Below are positions 37,189 to 45,634 of a stretch of DNA of 64,000 bases, piece by piece. The notes under the pieces are model-generated. The model searched no databases, was not told the origin of the DNA, and was given only the letters and a program-made list of their open reading frames with translations. The stretch's first letter is position 1. Every line of letters starts with the position of its first letter. The DNA is taken from assembly GCA_020444275.1 (NCBI GenBank), contig JAHLLG010000005.1, positions 88,004 through 152,003 on the forward strand, given 5' to 3'. This stretch comes from Bacteroidota bacterium. GTDB taxonomy: Bacteria; Bacteroidota; Bacteroidia; Bacteroidales; UBA12077. Position numbers and translations under genes: made by a program.

Positions 37189-38556
37189 ATGAGTTTGGAG
37201 ACAGTTAAAATAGAAACAAAAGATAAGTTCATTGAATTATATCATGAAAACCAGGATTTACTGAAAAGTGATTCTCCGGAATATATAAATTCAATTCGTG
37301 AGGAAGCTTTTAATCATTTTCAGAAACTTGGAATTCCAACTAAAAAGAACGAACAATATAAATATACCAACCTGGATCAGGAATTTAATAACGATTATAA
37401 AACCTATATATCACCTAAGAATATAAAATTTCAGATTGAAGATATTTTTAAGTGCGATGTGCCTGAGTTAAATACCAAGGTGGTACTATTATTAAATGGT
37501 TGGTATTACGATCGGGAAAATCTACTTGAAGAATTACCTGGTGGAGCAGTTATCGGAAGCTTTCAGAAAGCAGCACAAGTATATCCCGATTTGATAAAAA
37601 AACATTTTGCACAATATGCAAAATCTGAAAAGGACGGGATGGTTGCATTAAATACAGCTTTCGTAAAAGATGGTTTGTTTTTATATGTTCCTAAGGGAGT
37701 AACCATTGAAAAACCAATTCAGATTATTAACATTTTAATGGACGAGGAAAGTGGTTTAACACAACATCGAAATCTTTTTATTTTGGAAGAAAATAGTGAA
37801 GCTTCGATTGTAGTTTGCGATCATACGTTATCAACCCCGAACTTTTTAACCAATTCGGTTTCTGAGTTTTTTATCGATAAGAATGCCAGATTCGATTTTT
37901 CCAGAATGCAAAATGAGCATAATGGATCAAAACAAGTTTCGCATCTTTATTTCCAACAGGAAAGAGATAGTAAAGTCAATACAAATACAATAACTTTGCA
38001 CGGAGGACTTATCAGAAGTAATATAAATGTACTTTTAAATGGTGAGGGATGCGAGAATAATACGTATGGATTATATTTAACTGATAAAGGTCAACATATT
38101 GATAATTATGTACATATGGATCATGCTTATCCAAACTGTACAAGCAATCAGTTGTTCAAAGGGGTGTTAGACGATTTTGCTACAGGAGCTTTTAATGGTA
38201 AGGTGCTTGTTCGAAAGGATGCACAAAAAACACAAGCTTTTCAGGCGAACAATAATATTTTACTTACTGATGATACTGATATGAATACAAAACCTCAGCT
38301 GGAAATTTATGCTGATGATGTAAAATGTAGTCATGGTGCAACAGTAGGTCAGTTAGATGAAGATGCTCTTTTTTATCTGCGTGCACGTGGAATAAAAAAG
38401 AAAGAAGCAAAACTGTTGTTAATGTATGCCTTTGCTAATGATGTTATTAAGGCAATAAAAATACCTGCATTGCAAGAAAGAATTCAGGATTTGGTAGATA
38501 AACGTTTACGTGGCGAGTTATCACGTTGTAATTCTTGTCAAATGCATTGCTGTTAG
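37189..38556 (+). CDS. sufD: Fe-S cluster assembly protein SufD (with a Cys-rich C-terminal tail)
   Basis: SufBD-family beta-helix in the operon position after sufC. Ends in CNSCQMHCC. Confidence 0.9.
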   Translation: MSLETVKIETKDKFIELYHENQDLLKSDSPEYINSIREEAFNHFQKLGIPTKKNEQYKYTNLDQEFNNDYKTYISPKNIKFQIEDIFKCDVPELNTKVVLLLNGWYYDRENLLEELPGGAVIGSFQKAAQVYPDLIKKHFAQYAKSEKDGMVALNTAFVKDGLFLYVPKGVTIEKPIQIINILMDEESGLTQHRNLFILEENSEASIVVCDHTLSTPNFLTNSVSEFFIDKNARFDFSRMQNEHNGSKQVSHLYFQQERDSKVNTNTITLHGGLIRSNINVLLNGEGCENNTYGLYLTDKGQHIDNYVHMDHAYPNCTSNQLFKGVLDDFATGAFNGKVLVRKDAQKTQAFQANNNILLTDDTDMNTKPQLEIYADDVKCSHGATVGQLDEDALFYLRARGIKKKEAKLLLMYAFANDVIKAIKIPALQERIQDLVDKRLRGELSRCNSCQMHCC

Positions 38557-38563
38557 TGAAACA

Positions 38564-38585
38564 ATGATTTTGATTTCAAAATCAT
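38564..38585. repeat. perfect 10-bp-arm palindrome in the sufD-sufS spacer
   Basis: atgattttga-tt-tcaaaatcat, followed by the hairpin atcct-gagcgcagtcga-aggat at 38598-38619. Confidence 0.8.
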
Positions 38586-38638
38586 AAAGTTGAACTAATC
38601 CTGAGCGCAGTCGAAGGATCTTTATTAAATAAAAGAAA

Positions 38639-39862
38639 ATGTCGAACCTAAACATCCAAAAAATTCGTAACGACTTTCCAATTTTAAGTCAACAAGTGTA
38701 TAAAAAGCCACTGGTATATTTTGATAATGGTGCAACTACACAAAAACCGCAGGTTGTTATCGATGAAGAGTTGAAGATTTATACTCACGAAAATAGTAAT
38801 ATACATCGTGGTGTACACTATTTAAGCGAACAGCTTACTCAGCGTTACGAAGATGCGAGAAAAGTTGTTCAAAAGTTTATTAATGCACCTCACGATCACG
38901 AAGTAATATTTACGAGTGGAACAACAGAGTCGATTAATACCATAGCTTTTTCGTTTGGCGAGAAATATATACATGAAGGAGATGAAATTATCATTTCAAC
39001 TTTAGAGCATCATGCGAATATTGTTCCTTGGCAGATGTTGTGTGAACGCAAAAATGCTGTTTTAAAAGTTATTCCTGTAAATGAAAAGGGAGAACTTTTA
39101 GTAGGCGAATATGAAAAATTGATTTCTACCAAAACAAAAATTGTAGCAGTAAACCATGTTTCAAATGCATTAGGAACAGTTAATGACGTTAAAAGAATTA
39201 TAGAGATTGCACACCAGTATGATATTCCTGTGCTCATTGATGGTGCACAAAGTGTTCAGCACGGTAAGGTTGATGTTCAAGAATTAGATTGCGATTTTTT
39301 TGTTTTTTCTGGACATAAGATATATGGACCCAATGGTATTGGTGTTTTGTATGGTAAAGAAAAATGGTTGAATCAAATGCCACCATTTATGACAGGTGGT
39401 GAAATGATTAAGAAAGTTACGTTTGAAAAAACTACGTTTAACGAACTACCGTTTAAATTCGAAGCCGGAACACCTAACTATGTTGCTGCCATTGGTTTAG
39501 CTAAGGCAATTGATTACATCCAAAATGTTGGTTTAGAAAATATTTCAACATACGAAAAGGAATTGCTAGATTATGCAACCCAAAAATTGGAAGCCATTGA
39601 AGGGCTTAAAATTGTTGGCACCGCAAAAGAAAAAGTGAGTGTGATTTCATTTAATTTAGAAAATATACATCATTACGATGCAGGAATGGTTATCGATAAA
39701 ATGGGAATAGCTGTTCGTACAGGGCATCATTGTGCAGAACCCTTGATGCAGCGTTTTAATATAGAAGGAACTATACGAGCATCGTTTTCATTTTACAATA
39801 CCAAAGAGGAAGTAGATAAATTGTGCGATGCAATTTCTACAGTTAAACAAATGTTTGGTTAA
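38639..39862 (+). CDS. sufS: cysteine desulfurase SufS (group II)
   Basis: PLP lysine region FSGHKIYGP and catalytic-loop HHCAEP. Confidence 0.95.
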   Translation: MSNLNIQKIRNDFPILSQQVYKKPLVYFDNGATTQKPQVVIDEELKIYTHENSNIHRGVHYLSEQLTQRYEDARKVVQKFINAPHDHEVIFTSGTTESINTIAFSFGEKYIHEGDEIIISTLEHHANIVPWQMLCERKNAVLKVIPVNEKGELLVGEYEKLISTKTKIVAVNHVSNALGTVNDVKRIIEIAHQYDIPVLIDGAQSVQHGKVDVQELDCDFFVFSGHKIYGPNGIGVLYGKEKWLNQMPPFMTGGEMIKKVTFEKTTFNELPFKFEAGTPNYVAAIGLAKAIDYIQNVGLENISTYEKELLDYATQKLEAIEGLKIVGTAKEKVSVISFNLENIHHYDAGMVIDKMGIAVRTGHHCAEPLMQRFNIEGTIRASFSFYNTKEEVDKLCDAISTVKQMFG

Positions 39863-39882
39863 ATTTGTATAAAATCTATACT

Positions 39883-40314
39883 ATGACTTTAAACGAACGA
39901 CAAGACGAAATTATAGAAGAGTTTTCCATTTTTGACGACTGGATGGATAAGTACAATTACCTCATTGAGTTAAGCAAAGATTTGCCGGAAATTGATCCTA
40001 AATATAAAACACAGCAATACTTAATTGAGGGTTGCCAGTCTAAGGTCTGGTTATACGCCGACTTGGAAGGAGATAAAGTTAGATATTCTGCCGATAGCGA
40101 TGCAATTATTACTAAAGGAATCGCAGCTTTATTGATTCGTGTGCTGGATAATCAGAAACCTGAGGATATATTAAATAATGAACTTTATTTTTTGGATGAT
40201 ATTGGCTTACAGCAGAATTTATCACCAACACGTTCGAATGGATTATTAGCCATGGTAAAACAAATGAAACTATATGCAATGGCTTATAATGCTAAGCTAA
40301 AGAAGGAGGAATAG
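39883..40314 (+). CDS. sufE: sulfur acceptor SufE
   Basis: The GCQSKVW motif contains the acceptor cysteine. I set the start at MTLNERQ. Confidence 0.85.
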   Translation: MTLNERQDEIIEEFSIFDDWMDKYNYLIELSKDLPEIDPKYKTQQYLIEGCQSKVWLYADLEGDKVRYSADSDAIITKGIAALLIRVLDNQKPEDILNNELYFLDDIGLQQNLSPTRSNGLLAMVKQMKLYAMAYNAKLKKEE

Positions 40315-40316
40315 TG

Positions 40317-40637
40317 ATGGATCCAAATGAAATGATGGCTTTAGAAGCAGAAATAGTAAAAACACTAAAAACTATCTTCGATCCGGAAATACCGGTAAAT
40401 ATATACGATTTAGGATTAATCTATGCTGTAGATATTGATGATGAAAGAAGAGTTGAGATAAAAATGACTCTTACTGCTCCGAATTGTCCTATGGCTGATG
40501 ACTTATTAAATGAAGTACATATTAAAGTAAATTCTGTTGAAGGAGTTAAATCAGCAGAAATAAATTTGGTTTTTGATCCGCCTTGGGATAAAAGTCTTAT
40601 GAGCGAAGAGGCAATGCTTGATTTGGGATTGCTTTAA
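40317..40637 (+). CDS. SUF-system DUF59/SufT-like Fe-S assembly protein
   Basis: Motifs DPEIPVNIYDLGLIY and TLTAPNCP. AAGGAGG lies upstream. Confidence 0.8.
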   Translation: MDPNEMMALEAEIVKTLKTIFDPEIPVNIYDLGLIYAVDIDDERRVEIKMTLTAPNCPMADDLLNEVHIKVNSVEGVKSAEINLVFDPPWDKSLMSEEAMLDLGLL

Positions 40638-40727
40638 CTTGCTTGCTGTAAATAAGTTGCTTAAAGACATTAGCAATTGTCTCACCTTGAAATAAGTTTC
40701 ATGTTACAAGTTCCATGTTACAAGGAT

Positions 40728-40768
40728 CCTTTGTGAAACTCTGTGTCTACTTCGTGTTCTCTGTGGTT
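40728..40768 (+). repeat. dispersed intergenic repeat, copy 1 (CCTTTGTG..CTYTGTGGT)
   Basis: cctttgtgaaactctgtgtctacttcgtgttctctgtggtt is about 30/41 identical to 56588-56628. It is preceded by the direct repeat catgttacaag x2 (40700-40710, 40714-40724). Confidence 0.7.
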
Positions 40769-40786
40769 AATTTATAACGAATTTAA

Positions 40787-40794
40787 TACATTTG
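40787..40794 (+). promoter_or_regulatory. -7 box TAcaTTTG upstream of queG
   Basis: Exact TAnnTTTG, 22 nt before the TTG start at 40816. Confidence 0.45.
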
Positions 40795-40815
40795 TAAAAC
40801 TCTGAATTTAACAGT

Positions 40816-41736
40816 TTGAACATAGCACAGGAAAATACAAAGAAAATAAAGCAAAAGGTGCTCGAATTAGGCTTCTCTGCCATAGGAATCTCAAAAGCTG
40901 ACTTCTTGGAAAACGAATCCAAACAATTAAAAGTATGGCTTAACAAAGGTTATCATGGCGAAATGCAATACATGGAAAATCATTTCGATAAACGTGTCGA
41001 TCCCCGAAAATTAGTGGATGGAGCAAAATCGGTAATTTCTGTTTTGTATAATTATTTTCCCAAAGAGCAACAAGCTGATGGCACCTATAAAATTTCCAAA
41101 TATGCGTATGGAGCAGATTATCATTACGTTTTAAAAGATAAGCTGCATCAACTTTTTAACTATATTAATGATGAAATTACGCCAATTTCTGGAAGAGCTT
41201 TTGTCGATTCTGCACCTGTAATGGATAAAGTTTGGGCAGCCAAAGCAGGCTTGGGTTGGATAGGAAAAAATACAAATCTTTTATCGCGAGAGCTTGGTTC
41301 GTTTTTTTTTATTGGAGAATTAATTATTGACTTAGAACTGGAGTACAATGAAACTTTTGTTAAGGATTATTGTGGGAGTTGTACCAAGTGTATAGAAGCC
41401 TGCCCAACAAATGCATTAAGACCTTACCAACTGGATGCCAGAAAATGTATTTCTTATCTAACCATTGAAAAGAAAGGGGAAATACCTTCAGAATTTAAAG
41501 GCAAATGGAACGATTGGATTTTCGGTTGTGATATTTGCCAGGATGTATGTCCGTGGAACCAAAAGCTAAAACCACATAACCAAGAATCTTTTAAGATTTC
41601 AGAAACCCTAAAAGATATGGACAAAACTGCATGGGAGAATTTAGACAAACCATCTTGTAAAAATCTTTTTAAGAATTCTCCTATCACACGGACCCAGTTT
41701 GAGGGTTTAAAACGAAATATTGAATTCTTGAAATAA
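40816..41736 (+). CDS. queG: epoxyqueuosine reductase
   Basis: Two ferredoxin-type motifs, CGSCTKCIEACP and CDICQDVCP. Typical length. The apparent start is TTG. Confidence 0.85.
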   Translation: MNIAQENTKKIKQKVLELGFSAIGISKADFLENESKQLKVWLNKGYHGEMQYMENHFDKRVDPRKLVDGAKSVISVLYNYFPKEQQADGTYKISKYAYGADYHYVLKDKLHQLFNYINDEITPISGRAFVDSAPVMDKVWAAKAGLGWIGKNTNLLSRELGSFFFIGELIIDLELEYNETFVKDYCGSCTKCIEACPTNALRPYQLDARKCISYLTIEKKGEIPSEFKGKWNDWIFGCDICQDVCPWNQKLKPHNQESFKISETLKDMDKTAWENLDKPSCKNLFKNSPITRTQFEGLKRNIEFLK

Positions 41737-42052
41737 CAAATGCTTGTAAAAGCAAGCCCATTAAGATTAAAGATTGGTTTAGTCATTACCAGGCTAAATA
41801 TCAAAGTCTTGAATTAAAGAGCGTGTTGAATGGAATCGCCTCTGAGTAAATAATCCACATATAGGGCATATTTTTTTTGCGTTTTATCCAACGCTTAATT
41901 AACATTAAAATCAGAATGATCAACCACATCTTTTTATTTACCTGTGTGTTGTGAACATATTGTTCATTTTTTGGTTATAGTTCTTAAACACTGGCGCGGT
42001 TTTTTAATACACTGTGTTACTGTGTAGAGTTATTAATTAAAACAATCATATC

Positions 42053-42793
42053 ATGAAAATCTTTAAGTACATTTCGATTACAACCGTTTTAATACTTTTG
42101 GTGGGTTTGCAGCTAAATGCCCAGGAAGGTATGGATAAAAAAGATAAGGAGTTAACTCAACGTAAATTTTTAACTGTTGGTACATCATTCGCCGATTTTG
42201 GAGATTTAAACTCCAGTCTAAGTCAGTTTGGATATCCTGAATTATCAGAAAACACATTCCTAATCGGTGCCTCCGGGTATAAAATAATAAAAAAGCTTGT
42301 TCATGGTGCTGAAGTCCATGCAATTGTGGGAGACAGAGCTGAAGGAACAAATAATGAGGTTTCGTTGACAGGGATTTCTGGTAAACTGGACTTCGGTTAT
42401 ATGATATTTGAACCTGGAAACTTAGATGTATTTCCACACATTGGTTTTGGTGTATCTTCTTTGATGTTAAATATCGACCGGGATATGAGCCAGGCTTCAT
42501 TTGACGATGTGATGTTAGATCCTGATGATGGAGTAAATTTATACAGAACCGGTTTTATTGCCGATATAGGTATTAATTTACATTATTCTGTTGATTTTAT
42601 GAAGAACAAAGAAGGAATAGGGAATATGGTATTTGGATTTAGTGCAGGGTATATATTTGATCCCTTTGATAGAGATTGGGTAGTTAACGGAGAAAAACTT
42701 ACTGCCGGACCCGAATTAAGTCACAATAATCTTTATATAAAAATCACTATTGGAAAAGAAGAAACAGGTGTTTTTCCAAAGTTTAAAAAGTAG
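42053..42793 (+). CDS. putative outer-membrane beta-barrel protein
   Basis: Signal peptide and alternating strand pattern. No named family recognised. Confidence 0.5.
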   Translation: MKIFKYISITTVLILLVGLQLNAQEGMDKKDKELTQRKFLTVGTSFADFGDLNSSLSQFGYPELSENTFLIGASGYKIIKKLVHGAEVHAIVGDRAEGTNNEVSLTGISGKLDFGYMIFEPGNLDVFPHIGFGVSSLMLNIDRDMSQASFDDVMLDPDDGVNLYRTGFIADIGINLHYSVDFMKNKEGIGNMVFGFSAGYIFDPFDRDWVVNGEKLTAGPELSHNNLYIKITIGKEETGVFPKFKK

Positions 42794-42832
42794 TAATATA
42801 ATTTAGTTAAAATACTAAAAGAACATAAAGTA

Positions 42833-42872
42833 AACCCGTTTCAAAAAAAACTGAAGACGGGTTTTATTTTCT
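42833..42872. terminator. terminator between convergent genes
   Basis: Stem aacccgt(t)ttca / tgaag-acgggtt, followed by TTTTATTTT. Confidence 0.65.
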
Positions 42873-42942
42873 TAATTCTTATAATGTGATTTGATTAACT
42901 ACTTGATAATGTTTGATCAATAAATGATTAGTTCAGAGAGAG

Positions 42943-43833
42943 TTAAAATTTATAGGTTAATCCCACACCAAACACTTCCTTAAACTGAACTTTGGCACCT
43001 TCCGGATTTCCTTCATCATCACTTGTTTTTATATCATCATCATAAATAAGATGTGTATTTAGATTGGCTGAAAGGTAGTCGTTAATTTTCATGTTAATCA
43101 ATACTTTCCAGTCTACATCAATGTTTTGCGGGTTTTTAATATAGTTTGAAAAGAGGCCTAGTGTTGAACTGATACCAACATTTTTCATAATCTCTTTTTT
43201 AACTCCAATCGTTGCTGAACCACCCAGCTCAAGTCGTGTTTTATCTCCAGGGTCAACTCCAAACGAACCACGTGCAGAAAGTGTATCGTCCAATACTATG
43301 GTTAATTTACCTGCAGCAGGCGATAGCACTGCATAAAAGGCTTCGCTGGGTTTGTATTCCATACCTAGTGCACCTTGGATATAACCGGGAGCAAGAAATT
43401 TTGATATTACATAACTGGTATCAGGATCGGTTTCATATTTTTTACCTTCGTCCATTTGAGATTTAAAATTTAACATGGCACTTATAAAGAACGATTTTGA
43501 AATTTTCCGGCCATATTTCGATACAAAGTCAATTTGGTCATCAGTTTTCCGAACATCCTGATCTCCCTGTTTTTGTATTCCATATCCTAATTCTAATGTG
43601 TTTGACCAATCATTTTTATCTTTGGAATAATTAGCTGATAAATTCAATAAACCATTAAAAGCATATGAATTTTCACCTCCCGCTGCCCAATTGGTCAACG
43701 ATACCTGAGAAAAATTAATTGAGGTTAACCCGTTAAATTTCCAGGGTTTAATTGAGTCTGTAGCTTCTTGAGCATATAAAAGTACTGTTAAGCTAATGAA
43801 AACAAAAAAGGTTAAAGCGAGCTTTCTAATCAT
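42943..43833 (-). CDS. outer-membrane beta-barrel protein (DUF3078-like, from memory)
   Basis: Signal peptide, SLTNWAAGGENS motif and C-terminal ...GVGLTYKF. Confidence 0.6.
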   Translation of the reverse strand: MIRKLALTFFVFISLTVLLYAQEATDSIKPWKFNGLTSINFSQVSLTNWAAGGENSYAFNGLLNLSANYSKDKNDWSNTLELGYGIQKQGDQDVRKTDDQIDFVSKYGRKISKSFFISAMLNFKSQMDEGKKYETDPDTSYVISKFLAPGYIQGALGMEYKPSEAFYAVLSPAAGKLTIVLDDTLSARGSFGVDPGDKTRLELGGSATIGVKKEIMKNVGISSTLGLFSNYIKNPQNIDVDWKVLINMKINDYLSANLNTHLIYDDDIKTSDDEGNPEGAKVQFKEVFGVGLTYKF

Positions 43834-43904
43834 ATTCTTAAATTTTTATAAATAATGTTGTAGTACAAATCAGTTAATAATTTGTTCGTTGCATATGTAT
43901 AAAG

Positions 43905-44309
43905 TTAATCAGATAAAATGGTTATTGCAATATTTCTATGTTTTCTTGGGCCATCAAATTCGCAAAAGAAAATATTTTGCCAGGTTGATAGACCCATTTT
44001 TCCATCGATAATTGGAATGGTTTCACTTGGTCCTACAATTCCTGCCTTTAAGTGTGCATCACCATTATTATCTTGTGCATCGTGTTTCCAAATTCCGGAA
44101 GGAATAAGTTTTTTAAATAATGTAATAACATCATTTTGAACCGAGTCATCCCAATTCTCTTGTATCATAATGGCAGATGTGGCTCCTTGCGCATAAATAT
44201 TAACGATACCCTGTAGAATTTTACTTGCTTGAACAATATTCTCAACCTGGTTCGTAATATCGTATAACCCGTTCATCTTATCAGTAGATATTTGTATGAT
44301 TTGTTGCAT
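43905..44309 (-). CDS. yjbQ: YjbQ/UPF0047 family (secondary thiamine-phosphate synthase)
   Basis: 134 aa. Motifs ATSAIMIQENWD, GDAHLKAGIVGPS and LSTWQNIFFCEFDGPR. Confidence 0.8.
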   Translation of the reverse strand: MQQIIQISTDKMNGLYDITNQVENIVQASKILQGIVNIYAQGATSAIMIQENWDDSVQNDVITLFKKLIPSGIWKHDAQDNNGDAHLKAGIVGPSETIPIIDGKMGLSTWQNIFFCEFDGPRKHRNIAITILSD

Positions 44310-44354
44310 TTAATCAGTAAATTTGATTTGAATTATTTACTAAGCTAAATAAAT

Positions 44355-45194
44355 ATGAACTATAAGTCAACAGCATATGCTTCATTCGATGGAATGAAAC
44401 TTTCAGGTTACCTGTGGGAGCCAGAGGATAAACCTAAAGCATTAATTAACCTGATTCATGGATTTGGCGAATATTGTGATCGCTATGATCACTGGGCAAT
44501 GAAATTTACCGAAAAAGGATTTGTTGTTCATGCTATAGACTATCGGGGCCATGGAAAATCTGACGGTAGAAGAGGTTATGTGAGTAGTTTCGATCATTAT
44601 TTGAATGATGTTGATATTTTAATAAAAGAATCAAAAAAGTTATATCCGGAATTACCGCAATTTATTTACGGACATAGTTTGGGAGGAAACATTGTTACCA
44701 ATTATATCTTAAAAAGAAAGAACAATTTTGTTGGTGCAGTAATTTCTTCACCCTGGTATCAGTTGGCGTTTGATCCATCGGCATTAAGCTTGTTATTGGC
44801 AAGAGTTATTAAAAGAGTATTTCCAAAATTTACGCAAAATGCAAAATTGGATGTTAAAAGTTTATCGCATGAGCAGGATCTTGTGAATAAATATTTAACA
44901 GATCCTTTAGTGCATGAAAAAATATCTGTTCGTATGTTTTTCGAAATTTACAATGCTGGGCAGTGGGTTTTAAACAATCCTGATAAGCTAAATCTTCCAG
45001 TTTTACTTCAACATGGTACAGGCGATTCTATTACATCATATAAGGCAAGTAAGGAGTTTTTTGATAAAGCAAAAAGCCTGGATAAAGATATAGAATACAA
45101 AGAATGGGAAGGGTTATACCATGAGTTGCATAACGAAGTAGAACGAGATGAAATTTTTGCGTATGTTAACAATTGGATCAATAAGAAGCTTTGA
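44355..45194 (+). CDS. alpha/beta hydrolase (lysophospholipase / monoacylglycerol-lipase-like)
   Basis: HGFGE oxyanion region, GHSLGG nucleophile elbow and C-terminal H in LYHEL. Confidence 0.8.
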   Translation: MNYKSTAYASFDGMKLSGYLWEPEDKPKALINLIHGFGEYCDRYDHWAMKFTEKGFVVHAIDYRGHGKSDGRRGYVSSFDHYLNDVDILIKESKKLYPELPQFIYGHSLGGNIVTNYILKRKNNFVGAVISSPWYQLAFDPSALSLLLARVIKRVFPKFTQNAKLDVKSLSHEQDLVNKYLTDPLVHEKISVRMFFEIYNAGQWVLNNPDKLNLPVLLQHGTGDSITSYKASKEFFDKAKSLDKDIEYKEWEGLYHELHNEVERDEIFAYVNNWINKKL

Positions 45195-45216
45195 GCTACG
45201 AGCCATGAGCTGCTAG
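45193..45216 (+). repeat. left arm of the four-helix-bundle cassette: degenerate heptamer array GAGCTAC-GAGCCAT-GAGCTGC
   Basis: Overlaps the hydrolase stop codon. It is 17/23 complementary to 45603-45625. Confidence 0.7.
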
Positions 45217-45247
45217 TAAATTGATTGTAAATACATTAAATTTTATT

Positions 45248-45601
45248 ATGAAGAATTTCAAAAAACTTAAGATTTGGGAAAAAGGGTTTATAATTGCTAT
45301 TGAAACATATAAAATAACCAAGGAATTTCCTCCAGAAGAAAAATATGGATTAACCAGTCAGATAAATCGCTCAGCTGTTTCAATAAGTTCAAATATAGCT
45401 GAAGGCAGTAGTCGAAGAAGTGAGAAAGATTATTTTCGATTTACTGAAATAGCTCTTGGTTCTTGCTTTGAACTGGAAAGTCAGTTTTTAATTGCATATG
45501 AACTAGATTTTGGAAATAAAGAAAGAATTGAAAATATATTGCAAGAAATTGACAAAGAACAAAAAATGCTAATTACATTCATGAGAAAATTAGAAAAATA
45601 A
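45248..45601 (+). CDS. four-helix-bundle protein (23S rRNA IVS-encoded / Avd-like family)
   Basis: MKNFKKLKIWEKGF..., NIAEGSSRRSEKDY.RF..IALGSCFELESQ. I set the start at ATG 45248. Confidence 0.8.
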   Translation: MKNFKKLKIWEKGFIIAIETYKITKEFPPEEKYGLTSQINRSAVSISSNIAEGSSRRSEKDYFRFTEIALGSCFELESQFLIAYELDFGNKERIENILQEIDKEQKMLITFMRKLEK

Positions 45602-45602
45602 T

Positions 45603-45625
45603 CTCGAAGCTCATATCTCAAAGCT
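45603..45625 (+). repeat. right arm of the cassette: heptamer array CTCGAAG-CTCATAT-CTCAAAG
   Basis: Inverted with respect to the left arm. It is followed by TAAATTGAT (45625-45633), identical to 45217-45225. Confidence 0.7.
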
Positions 45626-45634
45626 AAATTGATA

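Noticed and set aside
41737-42052. 316-bp non-coding stretch after queG, examined for an RNA gene or riboswitch
   Set aside because: I could not recognise any conserved RNA family (RNase P, SRP, tmRNA, 6S, TPP/cobalamin/SAM riboswitch cores) or any strong secondary structure. It is left unannotated and would need a covariance-model scan.
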